A stretch of DNA of 64,000 nt from Bdellovibrionota bacterium (GCA_040398075.1 JBBAUR010000011.1:9144-73143); one strand, 5' to 3'; shown: positions 26,051 to 36,497, numbered from the stretch's first letter. Notes: generated by a model not told the origin, from the sequence alone. Program-made: numbers and translations.

Positions 26051-26638
26051 GCCATGAAGGTGTACCAGTCGAAACAAATTATCGCGCAAGAGCAGGCGCG
26101 CGCTGCAGAGAGGTCTGTTGAGAGCAGTTGCTGGGATGGCCTACGCCTCGATGTGCCGTTCGAGTGGTCACTGCTGTGTGACGACCTGCAGCTGTGGTTT
26201 GTGTGTCGCATTCCTGGTCGAGCCACATTCGACCCTTCGCACGTTCGCGGGGCGTTCGTGGAGGGGTTGTGGGAGTATGATGTAGCTGAATTCTTCCTCA
26301 TGGACGGCGAGGGGCGCTATCAGGAATTCAATGTGGGTCCGACGGGGGCCTGGTGGCGATGTGGCTTTACGGCGTACCGAACACGAGCCACCCAAAGCCC
26401 TGTGCCCACCGAGGTGTTGGTTGAAACACACATCGACCCCAATGCATGGGAGGTTCTCTTTTCGATAGCGCTGCGCGAGCTCTTGATACCGCTCGAGAGG
26501 ATAGTTGGGGCGCATGTCTCGGCGATTGTCCGTCATCCCACGCTGCGATACATCTCATCTTGTCCAGTTCTGGGCGCAGAGCCAGATTTTCATCGTCGCG
26601 AATGTTTCCAAAAGATTGAGTGGGTACGTCTTGATTAG
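26051..26638 (+). CDS. hypothetical protein, CBM9/DOMON-like
   Basis: FVEGLWEYDVAEFFLMDGEGRYQEFNVGPTGAWW resembles the D-x-VE-F-DP...YYEF-VNP-G core of family 9 carbohydrate-binding-like domains. This is a weak call. Confidence 0.3.
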   Translation, partial: AMKVYQSKQIIAQEQARAAERSVESSCWDGLRLDVPFEWSLLCDDLQLWFVCRIPGRATFDPSHVRGAFVEGLWEYDVAEFFLMDGEGRYQEFNVGPTGAWWRCGFTAYRTRATQSPVPTEVLVETHIDPNAWEVLFSIALRELLIPLERIVGAHVSAIVRHPTLRYISSCPVLGAEPDFHRRECFQKIEWVRLD

Positions 26639-26906
26639 GGTGGGATAAGTATCTGATCATGCTGAGCCTTTTGAGATAGCTCTAAAAGACATCTGACTTG
26701 TTCCGTATTGCCCGATGTGATAATCTCCCTCTCGCTCTGGCAGTTCCTTGCCGGGCGAATGCGGTCTCGCATTCGTGCTCGTTATCCTGGTTACACGTTG
26801 GTTTATCAGGGTCACGTTTCAGTGGCGGTCCGTAGGGTTTTATCTGCGGTCTGCTGCAAGGCGACGACGGATCAGAGCGGACAGGACTTTTGGAGTCTGA
26901 TTTGGT

Positions 26907-27446
26907 ATGAGCCAAGAGCGCTCTTCACTTTTGGGACACGGATCGCTGTGGAATACCATCCGCGATATAGCGGAGTCGGAGGGGGTTCAACTTTTCGACC
27001 TCGACCTGCCAGGCGAGGGAGGCGGAGCGTTGCGGGTTTACATAACCAAGGCGAACTCATCAAAGGTAGAGGTCGAAGCAGGATCGGAAGCAGGAGCCTC
27101 TGCTGAGCGCCGCGGAGGGGTCTCCTTCGAGGATTGTGTACGAGTCAGCAAGCGGTTGTTGGACATCGACGAGCAGAGTGCGATTATTCCGGAGAATTGC
27201 CTGCTGGAGGTTTCGAGTCCTGGCATCAATAGGCGCTTGAGGCGGCCCGAGCACTTCGCCGGAGCGGTGGGAGAGCGGGTCAAGATTAAGTTTCGGGTTC
27301 CGGATTCCACCAGCACTAAGGTGGTGACCGGTACGATAGAGGCCCTCGAGGGAGAGCTCTTAAGGCTCAAGAGCGAGGACAAGGGAGAGGTCTTCTCGGT
27401 GCGTCTTTCGGACGTCAAGGATGCGAAGGTCGACTTCCGGTTTTGA
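26907..27446 (+). CDS. rimP: ribosome maturation factor RimP
   Basis: LLEVSSPGINRRLRRPEHFAGAVGERVKIKF, in the conserved position upstream of nusA. Confidence 0.8.
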   Translation: MSQERSSLLGHGSLWNTIRDIAESEGVQLFDLDLPGEGGGALRVYITKANSSKVEVEAGSEAGASAERRGGVSFEDCVRVSKRLLDIDEQSAIIPENCLLEVSSPGINRRLRRPEHFAGAVGERVKIKFRVPDSTSTKVVTGTIEALEGELLRLKSEDKGEVFSVRLSDVKDAKVDFRF

Positions 27447-27504
27447 AACGTAGAAGAGTGTGTGGTCAAACCCGAGGGGGAAGACCGGTGTACGATTGAG
27501 GTGA

Positions 27505-29004
27505 ATGGGTATGTCGACTTTTGACTTAAACGCGATCCTGAGCCAGATGGGGCGTGACAAGGGGATTGATAAGCAGGTGCTCGTCGAAGCGGTAGAGTCC
27601 GCTATGTTATCGGCGGCGCGTAAGCATTACGGCCACAACCTCAACCTCGAGACCAAGTTCAATGACGAGACCGGTGAGATTGAGGTCGTTCAGTTCAAGG
27701 TGGTGGTCGATCGAGTCGAGGATCCCGACACGCAGATAGCGATCCAGGAGGCTCGTCAAGAGGTCGACCCTGATGCGATGGTGGGAGACGAACTCGGTAA
27801 GAAGCTCAACACCGAGGTCCTCGGTCGTATCGCTGCACAAACTGCGAAGCAGGTCATCATGCAAAAGGTACGTGATGCCGAGCGTGGGGTCATTTACGAA
27901 GAGTACAAGGACTCGAAAGGAGACCTGATCAACGGTATCGTGTTGCGGCTCGAGCGCGGCAACATCATAGTCAATCTCGGACGCACCGAGGCTATACTTC
28001 CGAAGCGGGAACAGATTCAGCGTGAGCGATATCGCCCCGGCGATCGTCTGCGCGGGATGATCCTCGACGTAGACCGTTCGGCGCGAGGCCCTCAGATTAT
28101 CCTTACACGAAGCCATCCTGATCTCCTCAAGAAGCTCTTCGAGCTCGAGGTACCGGAGATAGCGGACAAGGTCATCGAATTGAAGGCTGTTGCTCGTGAG
28201 CCCGGAGAGCGTGCCAAAATAGCGGTGTACTCTAATGACCCGAGCGTTGATCCAGTTGGCGCATGCGTCGGTATCAAGGGGTCGCGTGTGCAGGCGGTGG
28301 TTCAGGAGCTACGAGGCGAACGTATCGACATCATAACCTGGACCCCGGACGAGCCATCTTTTGTAGCGCGAGCGCTTTCGCCTGCTGAGGTCAGTCGGGT
28401 TGTGGTCGACGAGGAGGAACATTCGATGGAGGTGATCGTCCCGGATGATCAGCTCTCCCTTGCGATCGGTCGGCGCGGTCAGAACGTGAAGCTCGCATCG
28501 AAGTTGACTGGGTGGCGTATCGATGTTCGCAGTGTGTCGGTCGCCGAAGAGGAGGCTCGTCGTGCGCGGGCTGCGCTCAGTGCCATACCAGGTGTGGACT
28601 TCATGCATGCAGAGCTGCTGTTTCAGCACGGGTTCAGAACCGTGCGTGAAGTGGCAGATGCCAATCTCGAGGATCTCTTCGAGGTCGAAGGGCTCAATCA
28701 GGACCAAGCCTCCGAGATTCACAAGAGCGCCAAGGAGTACGCTGAGCAGCTTGGTGATGAGGCGGATGGATTCGGAGCTCTCAATGGAGAGTTGGTGAGC
28801 GACCTCGAACGATTGCCGCTCACGGCAGATATGCGAGAGATGCTCGCCAGCGGAGGTTTTAGGACTATTCAGAGCTTGGTGGAGGCAGACGACGACGCCC
28901 TTCGCCAAGTGAGTGGTATCGACGAGGGGGATGTAGAGGAGATTCGAAAGGTCGTCGATTCGTTTCTTCGGGCGGGCGCGCAGCGTCCCGTGACGAGTCT
29001 GTAG
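27505..29004 (+). CDS. nusA: transcription termination/antitermination factor NusA (long form with C-terminal HhH repeats)
   Basis: DLINGIVLRLERGNIIVNLGRTEAILPKREQI (S1 domain), KH domains (GERIDIITW), and a C-terminal acidic AR1/AR2-like duplication. Confidence 0.9.
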   Translation: MGMSTFDLNAILSQMGRDKGIDKQVLVEAVESAMLSAARKHYGHNLNLETKFNDETGEIEVVQFKVVVDRVEDPDTQIAIQEARQEVDPDAMVGDELGKKLNTEVLGRIAAQTAKQVIMQKVRDAERGVIYEEYKDSKGDLINGIVLRLERGNIIVNLGRTEAILPKREQIQRERYRPGDRLRGMILDVDRSARGPQIILTRSHPDLLKKLFELEVPEIADKVIELKAVAREPGERAKIAVYSNDPSVDPVGACVGIKGSRVQAVVQELRGERIDIITWTPDEPSFVARALSPAEVSRVVVDEEEHSMEVIVPDDQLSLAIGRRGQNVKLASKLTGWRIDVRSVSVAEEEARRARAALSAIPGVDFMHAELLFQHGFRTVREVADANLEDLFEVEGLNQDQASEIHKSAKEYAEQLGDEADGFGALNGELVSDLERLPLTADMREMLASGGFRTIQSLVEADDDALRQVSGIDEGDVEEIRKVVDSFLRAGAQRPVTSL

Positions 29005-29010
29005 AAAGTC

Positions 29011-29376
29011 GTGGCTGACTCCGTCAAAAGGGTAGAGCGGACATGCTGTGTGTGTCGCTCACGGGCGGAGAAAAGCGAACTGATCAGGCTGGTTTGTATC
29101 GAAGGTCGGCTGAAGTTCGACCAGGATCGAGTTTCCAAAGGCCGGGGTGCATACGTTCACGCAGATACGCAGTGTCTTGCAAGAGCAGCACAGCCGGCGA
29201 GATGGGAACGGGCTTTGAGGGTCCCTGCGCGAACGCTGCACGGGCAACAGGTCGCGCAGGTGTTTGCAGAGCTCATGGCACGCGCGACCTCCGGCGGGGT
29301 CGCCAGCACAGGAGCGGGGAACGTGCGGTCCGCCAAGGGGGCAGGAGTGCGAGGAGGACGTCGAATGAGGTTGTGA
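29011..29376 (+). CDS. ylxR: YlxR/RnpM family protein (DUF448)
   Basis: RTCCVCRSRAEKSELIRLV is the DUF448 signature. It sits in the conserved position between nusA and infB. Confidence 0.6.
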   Translation: MADSVKRVERTCCVCRSRAEKSELIRLVCIEGRLKFDQDRVSKGRGAYVHADTQCLARAAQPARWERALRVPARTLHGQQVAQVFAELMARATSGGVASTGAGNVRSAKGAGVRGGRRMRL

Positions 29377-29458
29377 ATTCCGCGGCCCATTCGTGTTCGG
29401 TAGGTTTGGATGTACAGAAGATAAAATTTTAAGAACGGAATTTTCACGAAAGTTAGGC

Positions 29459-32122
29459 ATGTCAAAGATTAGAATTTACGAACTTGCTAAGGAGCTCGGA
29501 GTCGACAACAAGGTCGTCATCACGCGAGCTCAGGAACTTGGAATGAAGGGCAAAAGCTCTCATTCGCATTCACTCGAAGCCGATGAGGCCGATGCTATCC
29601 GCCGTGCGATAATTCGGCAGGCGATGGGAACGCCCAAGAGCTCCAACTCTGAGGTTGTGACGAGGCGTGTCGATCGGGTTACCGGCAGCACGGATACAGT
29701 AGTCGAGCGGCGACAGGGAGATGTCATTCGTCGTCGCCGCCAAGCGGATGCAGTGGAGACGGGCCCTCAAGCCGCTTCGGCGACGCTTGCCGAAGATCGG
29801 AGCGCCCACATGGTCTCAGATGGAGGTGCGGCGCGAGCCTTGCCTCAGGAGGAGTTGGAGCAGGAATCCGGCATGTTGATACCGGAGGCACCGGAGCTTG
29901 CTGAGGAGGCCCCGGAGGAGCGTGAAGCAGACCACGAGATGCCGGTCGCGCTGGAGCACGAGGATGGAGAGGCACCGACAGACGTGGCTGCGATCGATAC
30001 AGATGTCGAGAAGGCAGAGCAGGTCGACGGAGGCGGGTTGGTCGAGGGCAAGGCAACTGTAGGCCCACGTATCCTCGGTAAGATTGAATTGCCGCAGCGG
30101 CGTGTAGTGGTCAAGCCGGCAGAAGTAAAGCGCCCGGTCAAAGGGGTGCCCACCAAGGAGCCAGTTCGTGAGGTAGTCGTCGAGGAGGAGGAGAGCGGAC
30201 CTCGAAAGGGCTTCAAGAAGGGGCGTAAGCGTGAAATTAGCAGCGTAGACCTACTCGATTATGGTGGTCGTGAACCACGCCGGACCAAATCCAAGGGCGG
30301 CAAAGGGGTGGATGATAGACGAACCGGCGCGCTGTCCGAGGCTGAGAAGCCCAAGGTCGCCAAACGCGTAATCGAACTCGGTGATTCGATAACGGTCGGC
30401 GAGCTTGCAAAGCAGATGAGCCTCAAGGCTGGTGAGGTGATCGCCAAGCTTCTCGGCCTGGGAATATTAGCTACTATCAATCATTCGATCGATAAGGATA
30501 CGGCCTCTATCGTTGCCGATGAGCTGGGCTATGAGGTTAAGCACACCGAGTTCAACGAGCAGGATATCATCCAAGACGTTGTCGAGGAGGATGTGGCAGC
30601 ACTCAAGCCTCGTCCGCCGGTTGTAACGGTCATGGGTCACGTTGACCACGGGAAGACCTCTCTCCTGGATAAGATTCGAAGCACTACGGTGGCGGCGAAA
30701 GAAGCAGGTGGCATCACGCAACACATAGGGGCGTACAGCGTCACAACTGCTGGCGGACGTTCAATTACGTTCATCGATACGCCAGGCCACGCAGCATTCA
30801 CGGCGATGCGTGCGCGTGGAGCGCAGGTAACCGATATCGTCATCCTGGTGGTGGCTGCTGATGACGGTGTCATGCCGCAGACACGTGAAGCTATCAACCA
30901 TGCGCAGGCCGCAAAGGTTCCGATAATCGTTGCCGTCAACAAGATGGACAAGCCGGACGCGAACCCTGACAAGGTAAAGACGCAGTTGGCAGAGCTCGGC
31001 CTGCAACCAGAGGATTGGGGCGGAGATACGATGTTCTTCCCAGTCTCAGCGCTCAAAGGTTCAGGCATCGAGGATCTCCTCGAGGGTGTGCTGGTGCTCT
31101 CTGAGGTCAAAGAGCTCAAAGCTAATCCAGATAGACGCGCTAAGGGGACTATCATCGAGAGTCGGCAGGATCGTGGACGAGGGGTTGTGGCCACCGTTCT
31201 CATACAGGCCGGAACACTAGCGGTCGGAGATATCTTCGTGAGTGGTGCTGAGTTCGGAAGGGTCCGAACGATGACCGATTACCGCGGTGAGCGGCTCGAG
31301 ACCGCTGGGCCATCGACACCGGTCGAGATAACCGGTCTAAACGGTACTCCCGAGTCAGGTGACGACTTCTTCGTGGTCGAGAGTGAGGCCGATGCACGTG
31401 AGGTAGCGAGCAACCGAGCCCAGCGCAAAGCGCAGGAGGAGCGAGCACTGGCTTCAGGGCCGATCAGCCTCGAAGAGTTCGCCAAGCGCGCGAACAATCA
31501 GGCTGCTCTCGAACTCAACATCATTCTCAAGGCCGATGTGGCGGGTTCTGTAGAGGCGGTCAAGCAATCGGTCGAGAAGCTCTCGGGTGAGAAGGTCAAG
31601 GTACGGGTGCTGCATGCAGCCGTTGGAGGAGTCACGGAGAGCGATGTGCAGCTTGCTATTGCTTCGAAGGCAATCATCGTTGGGTTCGGGGTACGCGGAG
31701 AGCCACGTGCCATAGCAGATGCAGAAACAGCCGGAGTAGAGATCCGTTTTTATCGGGTGATCTACGAGCTGCTCGATGATGTCAAAAAGGCGATGGTAGG
31801 TTTACTCGAGCCTATCAAAGAGGAGTCGACGCTTGGGCGTGTGGAGGTGCGTGAGACCTTCAGTGTGCCGAAGATAGGTACCATTGCTGGATGTTATGTG
31901 ACTGGCGGGCTTGTACGGCGTAATTCGTACGCACGTCTGTTACGGGACAATCGCGTAATCCACGAGGGCAAGATGGGCAGCCTGCGGCGCTTCAAGGACG
32001 ACGTCAAGGAGGTTCAGGCGGGCTTTGAGTGTGGAATCGGGCTTGAAGGGTTCAACGACGTCAAGATCGGAGATGTCATTGAAGTATTCGAATACAAAGA
32101 GGTTGCTCCGACCCTCGACTAA
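29459..32122 (+). CDS. infB: translation initiation factor IF-2
   Basis: Start MSKIRIYELAKELGV, GTPase G1 motif (VMGHVDHGKTSLLD), and DTPGHAAF. The frame is open from 29393, and 29459 is the first ATG that gives the canonical N-terminus. Confidence 0.9.
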   Translation: MSKIRIYELAKELGVDNKVVITRAQELGMKGKSSHSHSLEADEADAIRRAIIRQAMGTPKSSNSEVVTRRVDRVTGSTDTVVERRQGDVIRRRRQADAVETGPQAASATLAEDRSAHMVSDGGAARALPQEELEQESGMLIPEAPELAEEAPEEREADHEMPVALEHEDGEAPTDVAAIDTDVEKAEQVDGGGLVEGKATVGPRILGKIELPQRRVVVKPAEVKRPVKGVPTKEPVREVVVEEEESGPRKGFKKGRKREISSVDLLDYGGREPRRTKSKGGKGVDDRRTGALSEAEKPKVAKRVIELGDSITVGELAKQMSLKAGEVIAKLLGLGILATINHSIDKDTASIVADELGYEVKHTEFNEQDIIQDVVEEDVAALKPRPPVVTVMGHVDHGKTSLLDKIRSTTVAAKEAGGITQHIGAYSVTTAGGRSITFIDTPGHAAFTAMRARGAQVTDIVILVVAADDGVMPQTREAINHAQAAKVPIIVAVNKMDKPDANPDKVKTQLAELGLQPEDWGGDTMFFPVSALKGSGIEDLLEGVLVLSEVKELKANPDRRAKGTIIESRQDRGRGVVATVLIQAGTLAVGDIFVSGAEFGRVRTMTDYRGERLETAGPSTPVEITGLNGTPESGDDFFVVESEADAREVASNRAQRKAQEERALASGPISLEEFAKRANNQAALELNIILKADVAGSVEAVKQSVEKLSGEKVKVRVLHAAVGGVTESDVQLAIASKAIIVGFGVRGEPRAIADAETAGVEIRFYRVIYELLDDVKKAMVGLLEPIKEESTLGRVEVRETFSVPKIGTIAGCYVTGGLVRRNSYARLLRDNRVIHEGKMGSLRRFKDDVKEVQAGFECGIGLEGFNDVKIGDVIEVFEYKEVAPTLD

Positions 32123-32161
32123 CGTGGTGCTCGGTAGTTGTGGTCAGAGGTACAGTGTCGT

Positions 32162-32536
32162 ATGGCTGGAAGTCGCAGGGTATATCAGGTAGCTGAGCGC
32201 ATAAAGGAGCTACTCGCGGAGCACCTGATCCACACCGCCGATCCGCGATTCTCGCTCGTCACCATTACATCGGTGATGGTGTCTCCGGATCTTCGGCAAG
32301 CAAAGGTTTATTGGGTGGTTTCGTTTCCGTCTGATGCCGATCGAGATGCTCGCATCGCAGAGGTGGAGGAGGCTTTCCAGAGCGCTGAGGGGCTGTTCAA
32401 GCGTCGCCTGGGAAAAGAATTGGGCATCCGCTTCGTGCCGGCTATCAGGTTTTACTACGACGACACGCTCGATACCGTCGAACAGGTGGAGCGGCTCATG
32501 GGACGGATCAAAGGACCAGACACCCCCAGCTCGTAG
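32162..32536 (+). CDS. rbfA: ribosome-binding factor A
   Basis: RRVYQVAERIKELLAEHL...RFSLVTITSVMVSPDLRQAKVYW is a typical RbfA sequence. Confidence 0.8.
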   Translation: MAGSRRVYQVAERIKELLAEHLIHTADPRFSLVTITSVMVSPDLRQAKVYWVVSFPSDADRDARIAEVEEAFQSAEGLFKRRLGKELGIRFVPAIRFYYDDTLDTVEQVERLMGRIKGPDTPSS

Positions 32537-32572
32537 TGCGTTTCTTGGACTCGAATTATTGCGGACCGCGAT

Positions 32573-33592
32573 ATGGTGGAATGTGACCGAGAGCTGCCTC
32601 AGATCGATCCGGTGATTTCGGCGATTCTCGCCGCCCAGAAGATCATAGTGATAGCTCATACCAATCCAGACGCCGATGCGTACGGCTCATCGTGCGGTTT
32701 AGCGTGGGGTCTCCAGCGTCTTGGGCGCCAGGTGTCGGTACTCAACGAGAGTGGATTCGTAGCGAGATACGGGGTGATCCCCGGTGCATCGCAGGTCAGT
32801 GCTCGCTTGCCAGCGGTTATCGACGAAGGAACTCTGCTGATCGTGTGTGATTGCGGTGCAATTGAGCGAGTTGGGGATACCTTCGTCTCGTTTGTGCGCT
32901 CGGCACCTCAGGTGATCAATATCGACCACCACACCTCGAATACGAACTTTGGACAGTTGAACATGGTGGTCGAGGGAGCTAGCTCCACCTCGGAATTGGT
33001 TTTTGACCTCCTGTCGGAGCTGGAGAGCAGGACCGGTCAGCAGGACCTTATCTCCCCTGAGAGCGCGGCGTGTCTCATGGCTGGTATCATCGGCGATACC
33101 GGCTCATTCCGATATTCGAGCACTGCTGCCAGTACTTTTTCAGCGGCGCATGCGTTGATGCTGCGTGGTGCTCGACCGGATCGTCTCACTCAGGAGCTCT
33201 TTGCCACGCAATCGTTGGCTGCTGTGCGACTACAGGCCGAGGCGCTGGTTGGGGTGCAGTTGCTCTTTGACGGAGAGTTCGCCGAAATTACGGTTACTCA
33301 GGAGATGATCAAACGGATCGGTGCTTCGATCTTGGATGCCGATTCGCTGGCCGAGCGCGGGCGTGATATCGAGGGGGTCAAGGTCTCAGTGCTCTTCAAG
33401 GAGGACGTCGATATGTGGCGCGTAAGTCTGCGTGCGCGTCAGGGCGCCGTAGACGTAGCCCAGATCGCTCAGGCTTTTGGCGGTGGTGGACACAAGCCCG
33501 CTGCAGCATTCCGGTGGAGACGAGATTTTGCGACGCTGCAACGCGAGCTTCGAGCTGCAGTCCGCGCAGCACTCGTGACCTCGCATGCGTAA
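32573..33592 (+). CDS. nrnA: DHH-family phosphoesterase (NrnA-like, bifunctional oligoribonuclease/pAp phosphatase)
   Basis: IVIAHTNPDADAYGS and NIDHH motifs, plus a DHHA1-like C-terminus (GGGGHKPAAAF). Confidence 0.7.
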   Translation: MVECDRELPQIDPVISAILAAQKIIVIAHTNPDADAYGSSCGLAWGLQRLGRQVSVLNESGFVARYGVIPGASQVSARLPAVIDEGTLLIVCDCGAIERVGDTFVSFVRSAPQVINIDHHTSNTNFGQLNMVVEGASSTSELVFDLLSELESRTGQQDLISPESAACLMAGIIGDTGSFRYSSTAASTFSAAHALMLRGARPDRLTQELFATQSLAAVRLQAEALVGVQLLFDGEFAEITVTQEMIKRIGASILDADSLAERGRDIEGVKVSVLFKEDVDMWRVSLRARQGAVDVAQIAQAFGGGGHKPAAAFRWRRDFATLQRELRAAVRAALVTSHA

Positions 33593-34490
33593 CGGGGTCG
33601 TGCTCATCGACAAAGCGCCGGGAATCTCCTCGGCTGCCGTCGTAGCCAGGGTAAAGCATCGCCTACGAGCTGACAAAGTCGGCCACGCCGGCACCTTGGA
33701 TCCCGATGCTACCGGCCTGCTGATCTGCCTGATAAACGGTGCAACCCGCGTAGCTTCTTATGCACTCGATGGTATGAAGGTCTATTCGGGTGCCATGCGG
33801 CTCGGGGTGCGAACGAGTACCGATGATACAACGGGCGATGTGCTCGAGGAGACGACTAGTCTACCGACCTTCGAAAGCGTTTCGAGGGCTGCGCGGGATT
33901 TCGTGGGAACGATTCAGCAGGTGCCCCCCAAGGTGAGCGCCATCAAGGTCGCAGGGCGGCGCGCCTATCAGCTCGAGCGTGCCGGACACGATGTGCGGCT
34001 GGAGAGTCGACAGGTACTGGTTAAACTATTCGAAGTGACACCTCTCTCTGAGGCTGCGATCGGCTATCGCGTGGTCTGTAGCCCAGGAACCTATGTACGA
34101 GCTCTAGCTCGTGATCTGGGGGAGAGGCTCGGTTGTGGTGCCGCTGCCGAAACGATTCGACGGGAGGGGTCCGGACATTTTTCTGTCGCCGATGCAGTAG
34201 CCCTTGAAGACCTCTCGTGGAATTGTGTGCAGGACTGGACGGTTCTCGTACCCCACGTACCGCGGATAACGGTTCCTTCCGAGATAGCTATGGACCTGCT
34301 CCAAGGTCGAGTAGCTGCCTTGTCGGCCGTGAAGACATTTGTGGCATCGGTGGGTGATACGGCCGAGTTGGTGGCCTACGCTGCCGATGGAGGAGAGGGC
34401 GACGCATTGGGGTTGCTCAGACTCGACGAAGCTCGTGATGTAGGATTCGAGTTGAACGTAGCGCGGCAACCTCGAGGTAGCGGGCTTTAG
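33585..34490 (+). CDS. truB: tRNA pseudouridine(55) synthase TruB
   Basis: GVVLIDKAPGISS...VGHAGTLDPDATGLL. Confidence 0.85.
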   Translation: MRNGVVLIDKAPGISSAAVVARVKHRLRADKVGHAGTLDPDATGLLICLINGATRVASYALDGMKVYSGAMRLGVRTSTDDTTGDVLEETTSLPTFESVSRAARDFVGTIQQVPPKVSAIKVAGRRAYQLERAGHDVRLESRQVLVKLFEVTPLSEAAIGYRVVCSPGTYVRALARDLGERLGCGAAAETIRREGSGHFSVADAVALEDLSWNCVQDWTVLVPHVPRITVPSEIAMDLLQGRVAALSAVKTFVASVGDTAELVAYAADGGEGDALGLLRLDEARDVGFELNVARQPRGSGL

Positions 34491-34521
34491 TGGATAACGA
34501 AGAGATCCGAGGAGAACAGGT

Positions 34522-35850
34522 ATGACGGCGATAGTGGTTGTCGGAGCCCAGTGGGGCGATGAGGGTAAAGGCAAGATAGTCGACGTGCTCACGGAAAACG
34601 CTCACTGGGTCGTACGCTTTCAGGGTGGTAACAACGCGGGACACACGATCGTCGTCGATGGAGTCAAGACGGCACTCAGCCTGCTTCCTAGCGGTATCAT
34701 GCGCCCGGGGGTTCGTTCGCTGCTTGCTGCAGGCGTCGTTCTCAATCCTTCAGTGCTAATCTCGGAGATCGAGCGGGTCCGCTTGGCAGGAGTGAGTATA
34801 ACACCGGAGACCTTCACTATCGACCGTGATGCGCACCTCGTACTCGATTACCACATCATGGTCGACAAGGCGCGTGAACGCCAGCGTGGACCGCTCCGCA
34901 TCGGTACTACCGGTCGTGGTATCGGCCCAGCGTACGAGGACCGCTCTCAACGCTCGGGCATCAGGTGTGCGGACCTCTTGAATCCTTCGCGCATGAGGGA
35001 GGTAGTGCGTGCCCATGTGGAGGAGAAGAACAAACTTCTCGAGTACGTGCTCGAGAGCGATACGCAGGTCGATTTCGAGTCGGTTTGGTCCAAGCTCGAG
35101 CAGGAGGCAGCTATTTTGGCTCCTTTCATAGGGAACGGAAGTAAGGTTCTCTACGAGGCGCTGCGTCGTGGAGATAACGTCATCTTCGAAGGAGCTCAAG
35201 GAGTACTCCTCGACCAGATGCACGGAACCTATCCGTACGTCACCTCATCATCAACGATCGCTGGAGCTGCTCTTACGGGCGCAGGGCTGGGGCCGCGAGA
35301 GATCAATGTGGTGCTCGGTGTGGCCAAGGCGTACTGTACCCGTGTTGGAGAGGGGCCATTCCCCTCAGAGATGGAGGAGTCGGTAGGGGAGGAGATCCGA
35401 AACAGAGGAAGGGAGTTCGGTACCATTACGGGTCGACCCCGTCGTTGTGGTTGGTTCGATGCCTTGGCCATGAAGCGCGCTGTGCGGGTGAGTGGTATCG
35501 ACTCTGTGATCCTGACGAAGCTCGATGTGCTGACGGGGCTTCGGAAGATAAAGGTATGCACTGGATACGTTCTAGACGGTGAGGTGCTCGATGATGTTCC
35601 AGCGCTGTTGGAGGACTACGCGCGTATGAAGCCCCACTATACGGAGCTGGCCGGATGGTCAGAGGATATCTCCGGTGTGCGCCGCTGGAACGATCTTCCA
35701 GGGGCGGTCAGGGATTTTGTGCACCATGTTTCCGTATTGATAGAGCGTCCTGTAAGCTTCGTGAGCGTTGCCCCAGGGCGCGAGGCGACTATCGCTGTCG
35801 ATGTACCGGAAGCTCTGAAACCATTCATCAGTTTGGAGCCCCGAGGGTAG
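34522..35850 (+). CDS. purA: adenylosuccinate synthetase
   Basis: VVVGAQWGDEGKGKIVD...GGNNAGHT. Confidence 0.9.
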   Translation: MTAIVVVGAQWGDEGKGKIVDVLTENAHWVVRFQGGNNAGHTIVVDGVKTALSLLPSGIMRPGVRSLLAAGVVLNPSVLISEIERVRLAGVSITPETFTIDRDAHLVLDYHIMVDKARERQRGPLRIGTTGRGIGPAYEDRSQRSGIRCADLLNPSRMREVVRAHVEEKNKLLEYVLESDTQVDFESVWSKLEQEAAILAPFIGNGSKVLYEALRRGDNVIFEGAQGVLLDQMHGTYPYVTSSSTIAGAALTGAGLGPREINVVLGVAKAYCTRVGEGPFPSEMEESVGEEIRNRGREFGTITGRPRRCGWFDALAMKRAVRVSGIDSVILTKLDVLTGLRKIKVCTGYVLDGEVLDDVPALLEDYARMKPHYTELAGWSEDISGVRRWNDLPGAVRDFVHHVSVLIERPVSFVSVAPGREATIAVDVPEALKPFISLEPRG

Positions 35851-36038
35851 CTGAACTGAGGGTAGGAAAGGATTTTTCGGAAGGGTCTCGTCGGGGCCTT
35901 GTGAGCGCCCTGTGATCAGCGTGGCGGACTGGACATTGCCCCGTTTTCTTTATACGCGGTACGTGGTATCTCCCAAGAGCTGGCGTCGTATTTGCTGGGG
36001 ATCCTCCCACACTACAAGAGTCATGGCGCTAGGTTAGG

Positions 36039-36497
36039 GTGGTTTACATGTTTCGATATATCCGTTCCGTTGTCGTACTTCTGGCTTCCGTAGCGTGTAT
36101 TTTAGGTGCTGCGGGGCCCGCTCTGGCCCAGGACGGGGGAGTAGCGGCTCCAGCCCCTCAGCAGGAGGTGTTTGGCCCTGCCCCGGTAACCAATACGGAG
36201 CAACCGTCCTTTTTCGGGTCCCTCGTGAGCATGCTTCCGATGCTCGCAGTGTGTTACCTCATCTTTTATTTCATGGTGATTAAGCCGCAGGACGCCAAGG
36301 TCAAGAAACACAAGAGCCTTCTCGAGTCGCTCAAGCGCGGGGATCCGGTCGTAACCTCAGGTGGTATCGTCGGCAAGGTAGCCGGCATCGAGAAGGACTG
36401 TGTTCTTCTCGAGATAGCGCCGAATGTCAAGATAAAGGTCGAACAAGCGCACGTACTCAAGCGGGCTGGGAATGAGCAGAAGGCTGAGGCGGCCTAA
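36039..36497 (+). CDS. yajC: preprotein translocase subunit YajC (with an N-terminal extension)
   Basis: MLPMLAVCYLIFYFMVIKPQ...LKRGDPVVTSGGIVGKV. The true start may be one of the internal ATGs near 36231-36240. Confidence 0.7.
   Translation: MVYMFRYIRSVVVLLASVACILGAAGPALAQDGGVAAPAPQQEVFGPAPVTNTEQPSFFGSLVSMLPMLAVCYLIFYFMVIKPQDAKVKKHKSLLESLKRGDPVVTSGGIVGKVAGIEKDCVLLEIAPNVKIKVEQAHVLKRAGNEQKAEAA

Noticed and set aside
29724-31713. Multiple antisense ORFs inside infB (for example 30637..31203 -)
   Set aside because: They lie inside a confidently identified essential gene. Their Pro/Ala/Arg-rich compositions are typical of GC-rich antisense frames.
35851-36038. Possible rho-independent terminator after purA (ggggccttgtgagcgccc)
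   Set aside because: The two arms are not truly complementary (ggggcc versus gcgccc), and no U-tract follows.
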